Shown here: piece after piece, positions 26,676-34,618 of the stretch | How the letters are laid out: each line of letters starts with the position of its first letter | Numbering within the stretch: position 1 is the first letter of the stretch | Source of the DNA: an uncultured Gemmiger sp. | GTDB lineage: Bacteria > Bacillota > Clostridia > Oscillospirales > Ruminococcaceae | Assembly: GCA_944388165.1 (NCBI GenBank) | Contig: CALXHS010000027.1 | Coordinates: 7,957 to 71,956 of the forward strand | DNA: 64,000 bases | Direction of reading: 5' to 3' | Translations under genes and position numbers: made by a program | The notes under the pieces: generated by a model | Databases searched by the model: none | The model's input: only the letters and a program-made list of their open reading frames with translations | Told to the model about the DNA's origin: nothing

Positions 26676-26693
26676 CTGTGAATGAATTCACAA
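26676..26693. promoter_or_regulatory. Rex-type operator (redox-sensing repressor box)
   Basis: cTGTGAA-TGAA-TTCACAA matches the TTGTGAA-N4-TTCACAA Rex consensus at 17 of 18 positions. It is centred about 15 bp downstream of the -10 hexamer. Confidence 0.55.
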
Positions 26694-26745
26694 GGCGTGC
26701 GCCGGCCTTCGGCATGCGCACAATACAGGCAAAGGAGAGAAAATT

Positions 26746-27447
26746 ATGACCTACTCTGCACAAGTCGAACACATGTGCCCCATCGCCAAAGGCCCGAAGC
26801 ACGGCCCCGCGCCCATTCCGGAAGAGGGCGAGTGGGTAAAGGCCTATAAGATCGAGGACATCAGCGGCTACACCCATGGTGTGGGCTGGTGCGCCCCCCA
26901 GCAGGGCACCTGCAAGCTGAGCCTGAACATCAAGAACGGCATCATCGAGGAAGCTCTGGTGGAGACCATCGGCTGCTCCGGCATGACCCATTCCGCCGCT
27001 ATGGCCGGCGAGATCCTGCCCGGCAAGACTATCCTGGAAGCTCTGAATACCGACCTCGTCTGCGACGCTATCAACGTTGCCATGCGCGAACTGTTCCTGC
27101 AGATCGTCTACGGCCGCAGCCAGACCGCTTTCTCTGAAGACGGCCTGCCCATCGGCGCCGGCCTGGACGACCTGGGCAAGGGCCTGCGCAGCATGACCGG
27201 CACCATCTTCTCCACCAAGGCGAAGGGCGTGCGTTACCTCGAACTGACCGAGGGCTACATCCTCAAGACCGCCGTTGACGCCAACGATCAGGTCATCGGC
27301 TATCAGTTCGTCCGCCTGGGCAAGATGATGGAAGACATCCGCCACGGCGTTGACCCGAAGACTGCGTACGAGAAGAACATCGGCACCTATGGCCGCTTCT
27401 CCGCCGAGCAGGGCGCTGTCAAGTACATCGACCCGCGCGAAGAATAA
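26746..27447 (+). CDS. NifU/IscU-N-terminal-like iron-sulfur scaffold-like protein (partner of GGGtGRT protein)
   Basis: 233 aa. Conserved Cys in GWCAPQQGTCKL and IGCSGMTHSAAMAGE, laid out like an IscU-type scaffold. RBS AAAGGAGAG. Confidence 0.65.
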   Translation: MTYSAQVEHMCPIAKGPKHGPAPIPEEGEWVKAYKIEDISGYTHGVGWCAPQQGTCKLSLNIKNGIIEEALVETIGCSGMTHSAAMAGEILPGKTILEALNTDLVCDAINVAMRELFLQIVYGRSQTAFSEDGLPIGAGLDDLGKGLRSMTGTIFSTKAKGVRYLELTEGYILKTAVDANDQVIGYQFVRLGKMMEDIRHGVDPKTAYEKNIGTYGRFSAEQGAVKYIDPREE

Positions 27448-27467
27448 GACAGGGAGGTAAAATCTAT

Positions 27468-28463
27468 ATGGCTACTTTTGAATCTCAGGAGCGCCGCATG
27501 CCCAAAATCAACGAGTGCCTGAAAGCCAACGGCCTCGAATCCCTGGACGCCTGCAACGAGCTGCTCCTTTCCAAAGGCATCGACTGCGACAAGATCATCC
27601 GCGGCGTGCAGCCCATCTGCTTCGATAACGCTGTCTGGGCTTACACCCTGGGCACCGCCATCGCTGTCAAGCGCGGCCTGAAGAACGCTGCCGACTGCGC
27701 CGCCGCCATCGGTGAAGGCCTGGAAGCCTTCACCATCCCCGGCTCCGTTGCCGAACAGCGCCATGTCGGCCTGGGCCACGGCAACCTGGGCGCCATGCTG
27801 CTGCATGAAGACACCCATTGCTTCGCCTTCCTGGCCGGCCACGAATCCTTCGCCGCCGCCGAAGGCGCCATCGGCATTGCCCGTACCGCCAACAAGGTCC
27901 GCAAGACTCCTCTGCGCGTCATCCTGAACGGCCTGGGCAAGGACGCTGCCATGATCATCAGCCGCATCAACGGCTTCACCTATGTGCAGACCGAGTTCGA
28001 CTTCAAGACCGGCGAGGTCAAGGTCGTCAACTCCACCCCGTACTCCGACGGCGAGCGCGCTGCTGTCAAGTGCTACGGTGCCAACGACGTTCTGGAAGGC
28101 GTGGCCATCATGAAGATGGAAGGCGTGGAAGTTTCCATCACCGGTAACTCCACCAACCCCACCCGCTTCCAGCACCTGGTCGCCGGTACCTACAAGAAGT
28201 GGGCTCTGGAAAACGGCAAGAAGTACTTCTCCGTTGCTTCCGGCGGCGGCACCGGCCGTACCCTGCACCCCGACAACGTGGCTGCCGGCCCGGCTTCTTA
28301 CGGCCTGACCGACTCCATGGGCCGTATGCACGGCGACGCCCAGTTCGCCGGCTCTTCCAGCGTGCCTGCTCACGTTGAGATGATGGGCCTGATCGGCGCC
28401 GGCAACAACCCCATGGTCGGCATGACCGTGGCTTGCGCCGTTGCGGCTTCTCAGGTCGATTGA
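27468..28463 (+). CDS. GGGtGRT family protein (conserved, function unknown)
   Basis: 331 aa containing the eponymous motif SGGGTGRT (codons 28242-28262). RBS AGGGAGG. Confidence 0.8.
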   Translation: MATFESQERRMPKINECLKANGLESLDACNELLLSKGIDCDKIIRGVQPICFDNAVWAYTLGTAIAVKRGLKNAADCAAAIGEGLEAFTIPGSVAEQRHVGLGHGNLGAMLLHEDTHCFAFLAGHESFAAAEGAIGIARTANKVRKTPLRVILNGLGKDAAMIISRINGFTYVQTEFDFKTGEVKVVNSTPYSDGERAAVKCYGANDVLEGVAIMKMEGVEVSITGNSTNPTRFQHLVAGTYKKWALENGKKYFSVASGGGTGRTLHPDNVAAGPASYGLTDSMGRMHGDAQFAGSSSVPAHVEMMGLIGAGNNPMVGMTVACAVAASQVD

Positions 28464-28496
28464 TCTGATGCCACAGCGCTGATACGCTGAACCTTA

Positions 28497-28540
28497 CCCC
28501 CGTCTGCCCCTTTGGGCCGGCGGGGGTTTTTGTGTTTTTT
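28497..28540 (+). terminator. Rho-independent terminator after the GGGtGRT gene
   Basis: CCCCCG...GCCC-ttt-GGGC...CGGGGG followed by TTTTTGTGTTTTTT. Confidence 0.75.
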
Positions 28541-28605
28541 CGTCCCAGCGCGGTCCCTGAGCAAATGGCCGGAAAATGCCCCGGATTTTTGGCGCTTTTG
28601 CTGTG

Positions 28606-28634
28606 TTGATTCCCAACCGTTTTGGATGTATACT
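28606..28634 (+). promoter_or_regulatory. Promoter for the Fe-alcohol dehydrogenase gene
   Basis: TTGATT-17 nt-TATACT. Confidence 0.5.
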
Positions 28635-28645
28635 GAAACCATAGA

Positions 28646-28663
28646 TTGATAAAAGTTTATCAA
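28646..28663. promoter_or_regulatory. Perfect 18-bp palindromic operator (Rex-box variant?)
   Basis: TTGATAA-AAGT-TTATCAA. It differs from the clostridial Rex box TTGTTAA-N4-TTAACAA by one symmetric substitution per half-site. It starts 12 bp after the -10 hexamer. Confidence 0.45.
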
Positions 28664-28801
28664 ATATGTCCAAATTGTGACTGACTTTTGTCAATTTTGT
28701 GCCGGGCGCCCCCCAAGCACGCCCGGCACTCCGATGGGGGGCATCCCCACCCGAAATCATATGTGTACGGGCGTTGACCCGATCAAAAGGAGGTAATTCC
28801 C

Positions 28802-30019
28802 ATGGCTAGATTTACTCTGCCGCGCGATCTGTATCACGGCAAAGGCGCAATGGAAGCGCTGAAGACTTTTGAAGGCAAGAAGGCCATCATCTGCGTCGGC
28901 GGCGGCTCCATGAAGCGTTTCGGTTTCCTGGACAAGGCGGTCGGCTACCTGCAGGAAGCCGGCATGGAAGTGAAGATCTTTGACGGCATCGAGCCCGACC
29001 CCTCTGTGGAGACGGTCATGCGCGGTGCGGCTGCCATGGCGGAGTTTGAGCCTGACTGGATCGTGGCCATCGGCGGCGGTTCTCCCATCGACGCGGCCAA
29101 GGCCATGTGGATCAAGTACGAATACCCCGACATCACCTTCGAGGAGATGTGCAAGGTCTTCGGTATTCCCAAGCTGCGCCAGAAGGCCCATTTCTGCGCC
29201 ATTTCTTCCACCTCCGGCACCGCTACCGAGGTGACGGCCTTCTCCATCATCACCGATTACGCCAAGGGCATCAAGTATCCCATCGCGGACTTTGAGATCA
29301 CCCCCGACGTGGCCATCGTGGACCCCGAACTGGCCGAGACCATGCCCAAGAAGCTGGTGGCCCACACCGGTATGGACGCCATGACCCATGCCATCGAGGC
29401 GTATGTATCCACCGCCAACTGCGCTTACACCGATCCTCTGGCCATCTTTGCCATCCGCATGATCCAGAACGACCTGGTGGGCAGCTACAACGGCGATATG
29501 GCCAAGCGCGACGCCATGCATGACGCCCAGTGCCTGGCCGGTATGGCTTTCTCCAACGCGCTGCTGGGCATCGTGCACTCCATGGCCCACAAGACCGGCG
29601 CGGCCTTTGCGGATTACGGCGCCCACATCATCCACGGTGCGGCCAACGCCATGTATCTGCCCAAGGTCATCGCCTTCAACGCCAAGGACCCCGTTGCCAA
29701 GGCCCGTTACGGCGTCATCGCCGACGAGATGAAGCTGGGCGGCTCCAATGACGACGAGAAGGTCAAGCTGCTGATCGAGTATCTGCGCGGCATGAACGAC
29801 GACCTGAACATCCCCCACGGCATCAAGTTCTACGGCGCGGACAGCTATCCCTGCGAGCAGGGCTTCGTGCCGGAAGAGGTCTTTCTGGAGCGTCTGCCCG
29901 AGATCGCCAAGAACGCCATCGGCGACGCCTGCACCGGGTCCAACCCCCGTCAGCCCAGCCAGGAAGAGATGGAAAAGCTGCTGAAGTGCTGCTACTACGA
30001 CACTGAAGTGGACTTCTGA
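28802..30019 (+). CDS. Iron-containing (group III) alcohol dehydrogenase
   Basis: 405 aa. GGGS(P/M)ID motif (AIGGGSPIDAAKAMW) and His-rich metal site (HTGMDAMTHAIEAY, HSMAHKTG). RBS AAAGGAGG. Confidence 0.88.
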   Translation: MARFTLPRDLYHGKGAMEALKTFEGKKAIICVGGGSMKRFGFLDKAVGYLQEAGMEVKIFDGIEPDPSVETVMRGAAAMAEFEPDWIVAIGGGSPIDAAKAMWIKYEYPDITFEEMCKVFGIPKLRQKAHFCAISSTSGTATEVTAFSIITDYAKGIKYPIADFEITPDVAIVDPELAETMPKKLVAHTGMDAMTHAIEAYVSTANCAYTDPLAIFAIRMIQNDLVGSYNGDMAKRDAMHDAQCLAGMAFSNALLGIVHSMAHKTGAAFADYGAHIIHGAANAMYLPKVIAFNAKDPVAKARYGVIADEMKLGGSNDDEKVKLLIEYLRGMNDDLNIPHGIKFYGADSYPCEQGFVPEEVFLERLPEIAKNAIGDACTGSNPRQPSQEEMEKLLKCCYYDTEVDF

Positions 30020-30041
30020 TCCCTGTACTTATCAACCAAAC

Positions 30042-30090
30042 CCAGACCGGGCGCTCCGCTGTATGGCGGGGCGCCTGGTTTTTTGTTTTT
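30042..30090 (+). terminator. Rho-independent terminator after the adh gene
   Basis: CCAG..GGGCGC.CCGC-loop-GCGG.GCGCC.TGG followed by TTTTTTGTTTTTT. Confidence 0.75.
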
Positions 30091-30091
30091 T

Positions 30092-30274
30092 GGCAGACGA
30101 AAGTCTGCCCGTCTTTCTTTTTTGTTGGTTGCTTCTTGGTAGACGGCAGTCTGCCGGGGAGTTGTCGCTTTTTGCCGCCAAAAAGCGACGGAAAAACCGC
30201 CGCATCGGAACGGCGGGCCCTTTTCGCTTCCTTTTCGGGCACGAAAAGGAAGGAGTAAACGGCTGCCAGCCGTT
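30092..30274. repeat. Array of six consecutive stem-loops in a non-coding gap
   Basis: GGCAGAC-gaaa-GTCTGCC (30092-30109). GGCAG-t-CTGCC (30145-30155). GTCGCTTTTTG-ccgc-CAAAAAGCGAC (30164-30189, 11 bp). CCGCCG-N8-CGGCGG (30197-30216). CTTCCTTTTCG-ggca-CGAAAAGGAAG (30227-30252, 11 bp). AACGGCTG-c-CAGCCGTT (30258-30274). Confidence 0.6.
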
Positions 30275-30379
30275 ATCCCGGCAGCAACACGGCAACCCCT
30301 CCGGGGGACAGACCTTCCAAAGTCCGCTTTATGACCATCATGCTATGATAGGATAAAAATAGCAAGAACTCCTGCGGAC

Positions 30380-30416
30380 TTGACAGAAAATCGAAAACAA
30401 GATAATCTGAATTCAG
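30380..30416 (+). promoter_or_regulatory. Promoter of the XRE/ImmA pair with an overlapping 10-bp palindrome
   Basis: TTGACA-17 nt-TAATCT. The perfect palindrome CTGAATTCAG (30407-30416) overlaps the -10/+1 region and is a candidate auto-operator. The track's TTG start at 30380 is the -35 box. Confidence 0.5.
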
Positions 30417-30448
30417 AAATATCACTGCCGCCCAAAGGAGCCGCCGCC

Positions 30449-30817
30449 ATGAATGCCATGTACGAAAATATCCTGGAACTCTGCCGCCGTGACGGCATGA
30501 ACGTCACCCAGATGTGCCGCCAGCTGAAGATCCCCCGCAGCACCCTGTCGGAACTGGGGTCCGGGCGCACCAAACAGCTGACCCTGAAACATGCCGCTCC
30601 CATTGCGGAATTTTTCGGGGTGAGCATCGCCCAGCTGGCAGGGGAGGAACCCCTTCCCGCCGACCCCACCCAGCCCGCCCCGGCGGACGATCCTGCCCTG
30701 CTGGACGAGCCCATCGCGGCCTACGAAAACTGCAAGCGATATTTGACCGAGGACGACAAGGCCGACATCGCCACCCTCATCCGCCTGCGGGCGGAGATCA
30801 ACCGGGGGCGGCGCTGA
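30449..30817 (+). CDS. XRE-family helix-turn-helix transcriptional regulator (phage repressor-like)
   Basis: Start at MNAMYENILELCRRDGMNVTQMCRQLKIPRSTLSELGSGR (HTH_3 pattern) after RBS AAAGGAG. 122 aa. Confidence 0.8.
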   Translation: MNAMYENILELCRRDGMNVTQMCRQLKIPRSTLSELGSGRTKQLTLKHAAPIAEFFGVSIAQLAGEEPLPADPTQPAPADDPALLDEPIAAYENCKRYLTEDDKADIATLIRLRAEINRGRR

Positions 30818-30846
30818 CCGCCTTGCTCCTTGGGGAAAGGATTCCC

Positions 30847-31281
30847 ATGCAACACGACCTGGAAAGCACTGTGGCCGAACTGGAACGGGAGGACATCTGC
30901 GTGATGGACTGCCCTCTGCGGGCAAACCGCTGTCTGGCCCTGGAAAAGGGGCGGCTGGTGGGGGTGGATTCCCGCCGGTTCGACACCCAGGCCGAACTGC
31001 GCACTGCCCTCATCCATGAGGACGGGCACTTTGCTTCGGGGGCCTTCTACACCGCTTACAGCCCCTACCAGCTCAAAGCCCAGGCGGAACGCCGGGCGGA
31101 CAAGGCCGCTGTGCTGAAATACCTGCCTTATGCCGAGCTGGCCGCCCGTCTGCGGGCCGGGGATACCCCCGCCGAAGCGGCGGAATATTTCTGCGTCACC
31201 GAAGCATTTCTGCGCAAAGCCTGCGAATTGTACCGGGAAATGGGCAAATCCTTCGGCGGAAACGACGCTGAACCGCTTTGA
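30847..31281 (+). CDS. ImmA/IrrE-family zinc metallopeptidase (anti-repressor protease-like)
   Basis: 144 aa with HExxH motif (LIHEDGHFASG). It sits immediately downstream of the XRE gene, which is the classic ImmR/ImmA arrangement. Confidence 0.7.
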   Translation: MQHDLESTVAELEREDICVMDCPLRANRCLALEKGRLVGVDSRRFDTQAELRTALIHEDGHFASGAFYTAYSPYQLKAQAERRADKAAVLKYLPYAELAARLRAGDTPAEAAEYFCVTEAFLRKACELYREMGKSFGGNDAEPL

Positions 31282-31305
31282 ATTTAAGGCGGGATATGCT
31301 ATAAT
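31278..31305 (+). promoter_or_regulatory. Promoter candidate for the aminotransferase/isomerase/ABC exporter genes
   Basis: TTGAAT-16 nt-TATAAT. Confidence 0.45.
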
Positions 31306-31355
31306 ATAAAGAACTCATGTTTTTTGCCGGCTTGGCCGGAGAAGGAGGTGCGCGG

Positions 31356-32453
31356 GTGCGTATCCTGGCAAACGATCTGAAACGGCAGTATGATCTGCAC
31401 GCGCCGGAATATGAAGCCAAGGCGCTGGAAGTGCTGCGGGGCGGCTGGTACATTCTGGGCAAAGAGGTGGAAGCCTTCGAAAAAGAATGGGCCGCCATGG
31501 TGGGCACCAAATACTGCGTGGGCCTGGCCAGCGGCCTGGACGCCCTGTGGATCGCCTTCCGGCTGCTGAACATCGGCCCCGGGGACGAGGTCATCGTGGC
31601 CGCCAACGCCTACATTGCCTGTGTGATGGGCATTACCATCAACGGGGCCACCCCTGTCTTTGTGGAGCCGGACGAATACGACAACATCGACGCTTCCCGC
31701 ATCGAAGCTGCCGTCACCCCCCGCACCAAAGCCATCCTGGCGGTGCATCTCTACGGCCAGAGCTGCGATATGGACGCCATCGGCGCCGTGGCGAAGAAAC
31801 ACGGCCTGAAGGTGGTGGAGGACTGCGCCCAGAGCCACGGCAACCACTGGCACGGCCAGGTGGTGGGCAGCTTCGGGGACGCGGGCTGTTTCAGCTTTTA
31901 CCCCACCAAGGGCTGCGGTGCTTTCGGGGACGCAGGCTGCCTGACCACCAACGACCCTGACCTGGCCGACCGCTGCCGGGTGTTCCGTAACTATGGCAGC
32001 CGGGTGCGCTACCAGAACGAGGTGGTGGGCGCCAACAGCCGCCTGGACGAGCTCCAGGCCGGGCTGCTGCGGGTGAAACTCACCCACCTGGAAGAGTTCA
32101 ACGCCGAGCGCTGCCGTCTGGCCGCCCGGTACGACGCCGAACTCACCAACCCTTGCCTGCAAAAACCCAAGATCCGCCCCGGCGCGGACAGCAGCTGGCA
32201 CCAGTATGTGGTGCACCTGCCCGGCTGCCGGGACCGCATGGCGGAGTATCTGAAAGAAAAGGGCATCGGCACCATCATCCACTATCCCATCCCGCCCCAC
32301 CTCAGCCAGGCGTATGCCTGTCTGGGCCACAAGAAGGGGGATTTCCCCATCGCCGAACGGTATGCCGATGAGGTGCTCAGCCTGCCCATGTACAACGGCA
32401 TGACCGAGGAAGAGCAGGGGTATGTGATCGACGCCATCAATGCTTTCTGCTGA
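31356..32453 (+). CDS. DegT/DnrJ/EryC1/StrS-family PLP-dependent sugar aminotransferase (FdtB/QdtB-like)
   Basis: GTG 31356 ([13 protein letters not shown]...) follows GAAGGAGG. The track ATG 31317 lies only 12 nt after the -10 box. Motifs include [12 protein letters not shown], the active-site region [16 protein letters not shown] and [12 protein letters not shown]. Confidence 0.85.
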   Translation: MRILANDLKRQYDLHAPEYEAKALEVLRGGWYILGKEVEAFEKEWAAMVGTKYCVGLASGLDALWIAFRLLNIGPGDEVIVAANAYIACVMGITINGATPVFVEPDEYDNIDASRIEAAVTPRTKAILAVHLYGQSCDMDAIGAVAKKHGLKVVEDCAQSHGNHWHGQVVGSFGDAGCFSFYPTKGCGAFGDAGCLTTNDPDLADRCRVFRNYGSRVRYQNEVVGANSRLDELQAGLLRVKLTHLEEFNAERCRLAARYDAELTNPCLQKPKIRPGADSSWHQYVVHLPGCRDRMAEYLKEKGIGTIIHYPIPPHLSQAYACLGHKKGDFPIAERYADEVLSLPMYNGMTEEEQGYVIDAINAFC

Positions 32454-32470
32454 TTACAAGGTGTAATATT

Positions 32471-32905
32471 ATGAATAAAAACGACAGCGCGTATTTCATT
32501 GAGTTCGCCGAACACGGGGACGAGCGGGGCAACCTGGTGGTGGTGGAAGGGGAACGGGACGTTCCCTTTGCCATCCAGCGGGTGTTCTACATCTACGGTT
32601 CCGACACCGATATGGTGCGGGGCCAGCATGCCAACCGCAAGACCCAGTTCGTGCTCATCAACGTGGCGGGGCAGAGCAAGGTCAAGGTGATGGACGGCCT
32701 GGGCAACGAGGCGGTCTTCTGCCTGAACCGCCCCCGCACCGGGGTGTACATCCCCACCATGGCGTGGAAGGAAATGTACGATTTCAGCCCCGACGCGGTG
32801 CTGCTGTGCCTGGCCAGCGAGCACTATGACGAGAGCGAATACATCCGGGATTTTGATGCCTTTGAGGCGGAGATCCGGGCCAAAAACCCCGGATACCAGG
32901 GCTGA
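32471..32905 (+). CDS. fdtA: WxcM/FdtA-like cupin: NDP-4-keto-6-deoxyhexose 3,4-ketoisomerase
   Basis: 144 aa: FIEFAEHGDERGNLVVVE...PFAIQRVFYIYG...RGQHANRKTQFVLINVAG, typical of FdtA/QdtA isomerases. Confidence 0.75.
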   Translation: MNKNDSAYFIEFAEHGDERGNLVVVEGERDVPFAIQRVFYIYGSDTDMVRGQHANRKTQFVLINVAGQSKVKVMDGLGNEAVFCLNRPRTGVYIPTMAWKEMYDFSPDAVLLCLASEHYDESEYIRDFDAFEAEIRAKNPGYQG

Positions 32906-32927
32906 AACGCAGGAGGGAAGCAGGACC

Positions 32928-33725
32928 ATGCCACAACGGATGGACCAGTACAAAAGCATGGCCGGGCATTTTGTGCAGTACCGGCCGCTGATCCGGGAAC
33001 TGGTGACCCGTGATCTCAAGGTCAAGTACCGCCGCAGCTTTCTGGGGTATGTGTGGAGCATCCTCAACCCGCTGCTGATGATGACGGTGCAGACCATCAT
33101 CTTTTCTTATATGTTCCGCACCGACATCCCCAACTATCCCCTGTACCTGATCTGCGGCAACACCCTGTTCACCTTCTTCAACGAGAGCGCCAACATGGGC
33201 ATGGTGTCCATCCTGTCCAGTTCCTCTCTGATCAAGAAGGTGTACATCCCCAAATACATCTTCCCGCTGAGCCGCGTCACCTCCAGTTTCGTGACCATGG
33301 GCTTCAGTCTGGCGGCGGTGCTGCTGGTCATGGTGTTCACTCGGTCGCCTTTCTACTGGACCATCTGCCTGTTCTGGGTGCCGCTGGTGTTCCTGTTCCT
33401 GTTCTGCTGCGGCATGGTGCTGGCGCTGTCCGCCCTGACGGTGTATTTCCGGGATATGCAGTATCTCTTCGGCATCGTGACCCTGGCGTGGATGTACGCC
33501 ACGCCCATTTTCTACCCCATCGAACAGCTGCCCGGCTTTGCCCAGAATCTGATGAAGTTCAACCCCATGTACCACTTCATCAACCTGTTCCGCAACCTTG
33601 TGATGTACGGCAATATCCCCGGTCCCAACACCTGGATCGCCTGTGCGGTATCCAGCGGGGCGATGCTCTGCCTGGGGCTGTGGGTATTCCGCAAACTGCA
33701 GCGCAACTTTATCCTGTATATTTAA
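32928..33725 (+). CDS. ABC-2 type polysaccharide/teichoic-acid export permease (Wzm/TagG-like)
   Basis: Start ATG 32928 after AGGAGGGAAG. LVTRDLKVKYRRSFLGYVWSILNPLLMM is the signature N-terminus of ABC-2 glycan exporters. Six TM segments. Confidence 0.85.
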   Translation: MPQRMDQYKSMAGHFVQYRPLIRELVTRDLKVKYRRSFLGYVWSILNPLLMMTVQTIIFSYMFRTDIPNYPLYLICGNTLFTFFNESANMGMVSILSSSSLIKKVYIPKYIFPLSRVTSSFVTMGFSLAAVLLVMVFTRSPFYWTICLFWVPLVFLFLFCCGMVLALSALTVYFRDMQYLFGIVTLAWMYATPIFYPIEQLPGFAQNLMKFNPMYHFINLFRNLVMYGNIPGPNTWIACAVSSGAMLCLGLWVFRKLQRNFILYI

Positions 33726-33736
33726 GGGGGACCCCG

Positions 33737-34498
33737 ATGGAAGGCAACATGCCGCCCGTGGTGGTGGACGTCGACCATGTTTCCATGCGCTTCAACCTGG
33801 CGCAGGAAAAGACCGAAAGCCTGAAAGAGTATCTGCTCAAGATGGTGCGCGGTCAGCTCATGTTCAATGAATTCTACGCCTTGAAGGATGTGTCTTTCAA
33901 GGTGCGCAAAGGGGAATCGGTGGCCCTCATCGGCCGCAACGGTTCCGGCAAGAGCACCATGCTCAAGGTGGTGGCGGGGGTCATGTACCCCTCTCAGGGG
34001 GCGTGCACCGTCAACGGCAGCATTGCGCCCATGATCGAGCTGGGCGCCGGTTTCGACATGGACCTCACCGCCCGGGAGAACATCTATCTGAATGGCGCCG
34101 TGCTGGGCCATGACCGGGCCTATATGGACGAACACTTCAAGAACATCGTGGATTTCGCCGAACTGTGGGATTTCATCGATGTGCCGGTGAAAAACTTCTC
34201 CTCCGGCATGGTGACCCGCCTGGGCTTCGCCATTGCCACCGAAGTCACCGCCGACCTTCTGGTGGTGGACGAGGTGCTGGCGGTGGGCGACTTCATGTTC
34301 CAGCACAAGTGCCTCATGCGTCTGAACGAGATGCTGGAAAAGGGCACCACCCTGCTGTTCGTGAGCCACAGCTCGGAGCAGGTGCGCATGCTGTGCAAGC
34401 GGGCTGTGTGGCTGGACCACGGTGTGATCCGCGGGGACGGCCCTGCCGACGAAGTCTGCACCATGTATGAACAGGCCATGCGGAACGGGGAAGCCTGA
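33737..34498 (+). CDS. ABC transporter ATP-binding protein (Wzt/TagH-like, short form without a C-terminal glycan-binding domain)
   Basis: Walker A GRNGSGKST, signature FSSGMVTRLGFA, Walker B LLVVDEVLAVGD. 253 aa. Confidence 0.88.
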   Translation: MEGNMPPVVVDVDHVSMRFNLAQEKTESLKEYLLKMVRGQLMFNEFYALKDVSFKVRKGESVALIGRNGSGKSTMLKVVAGVMYPSQGACTVNGSIAPMIELGAGFDMDLTARENIYLNGAVLGHDRAYMDEHFKNIVDFAELWDFIDVPVKNFSSGMVTRLGFAIATEVTADLLVVDEVLAVGDFMFQHKCLMRLNEMLEKGTTLLFVSHSSEQVRMLCKRAVWLDHGVIRGDGPADEVCTMYEQAMRNGEA

Positions 34499-34618
34499 TA
34501 ACACCCAAGCCGCCCGAAGGGGCGGCTTTTGCCTTTGCACGCCCTTGCATTTGCCCGGGGGCCGTGGTACAGTATTTACCAAACATTTCCCCCGCGAAGT
34601 TGAACAGAAAGGAATCCT

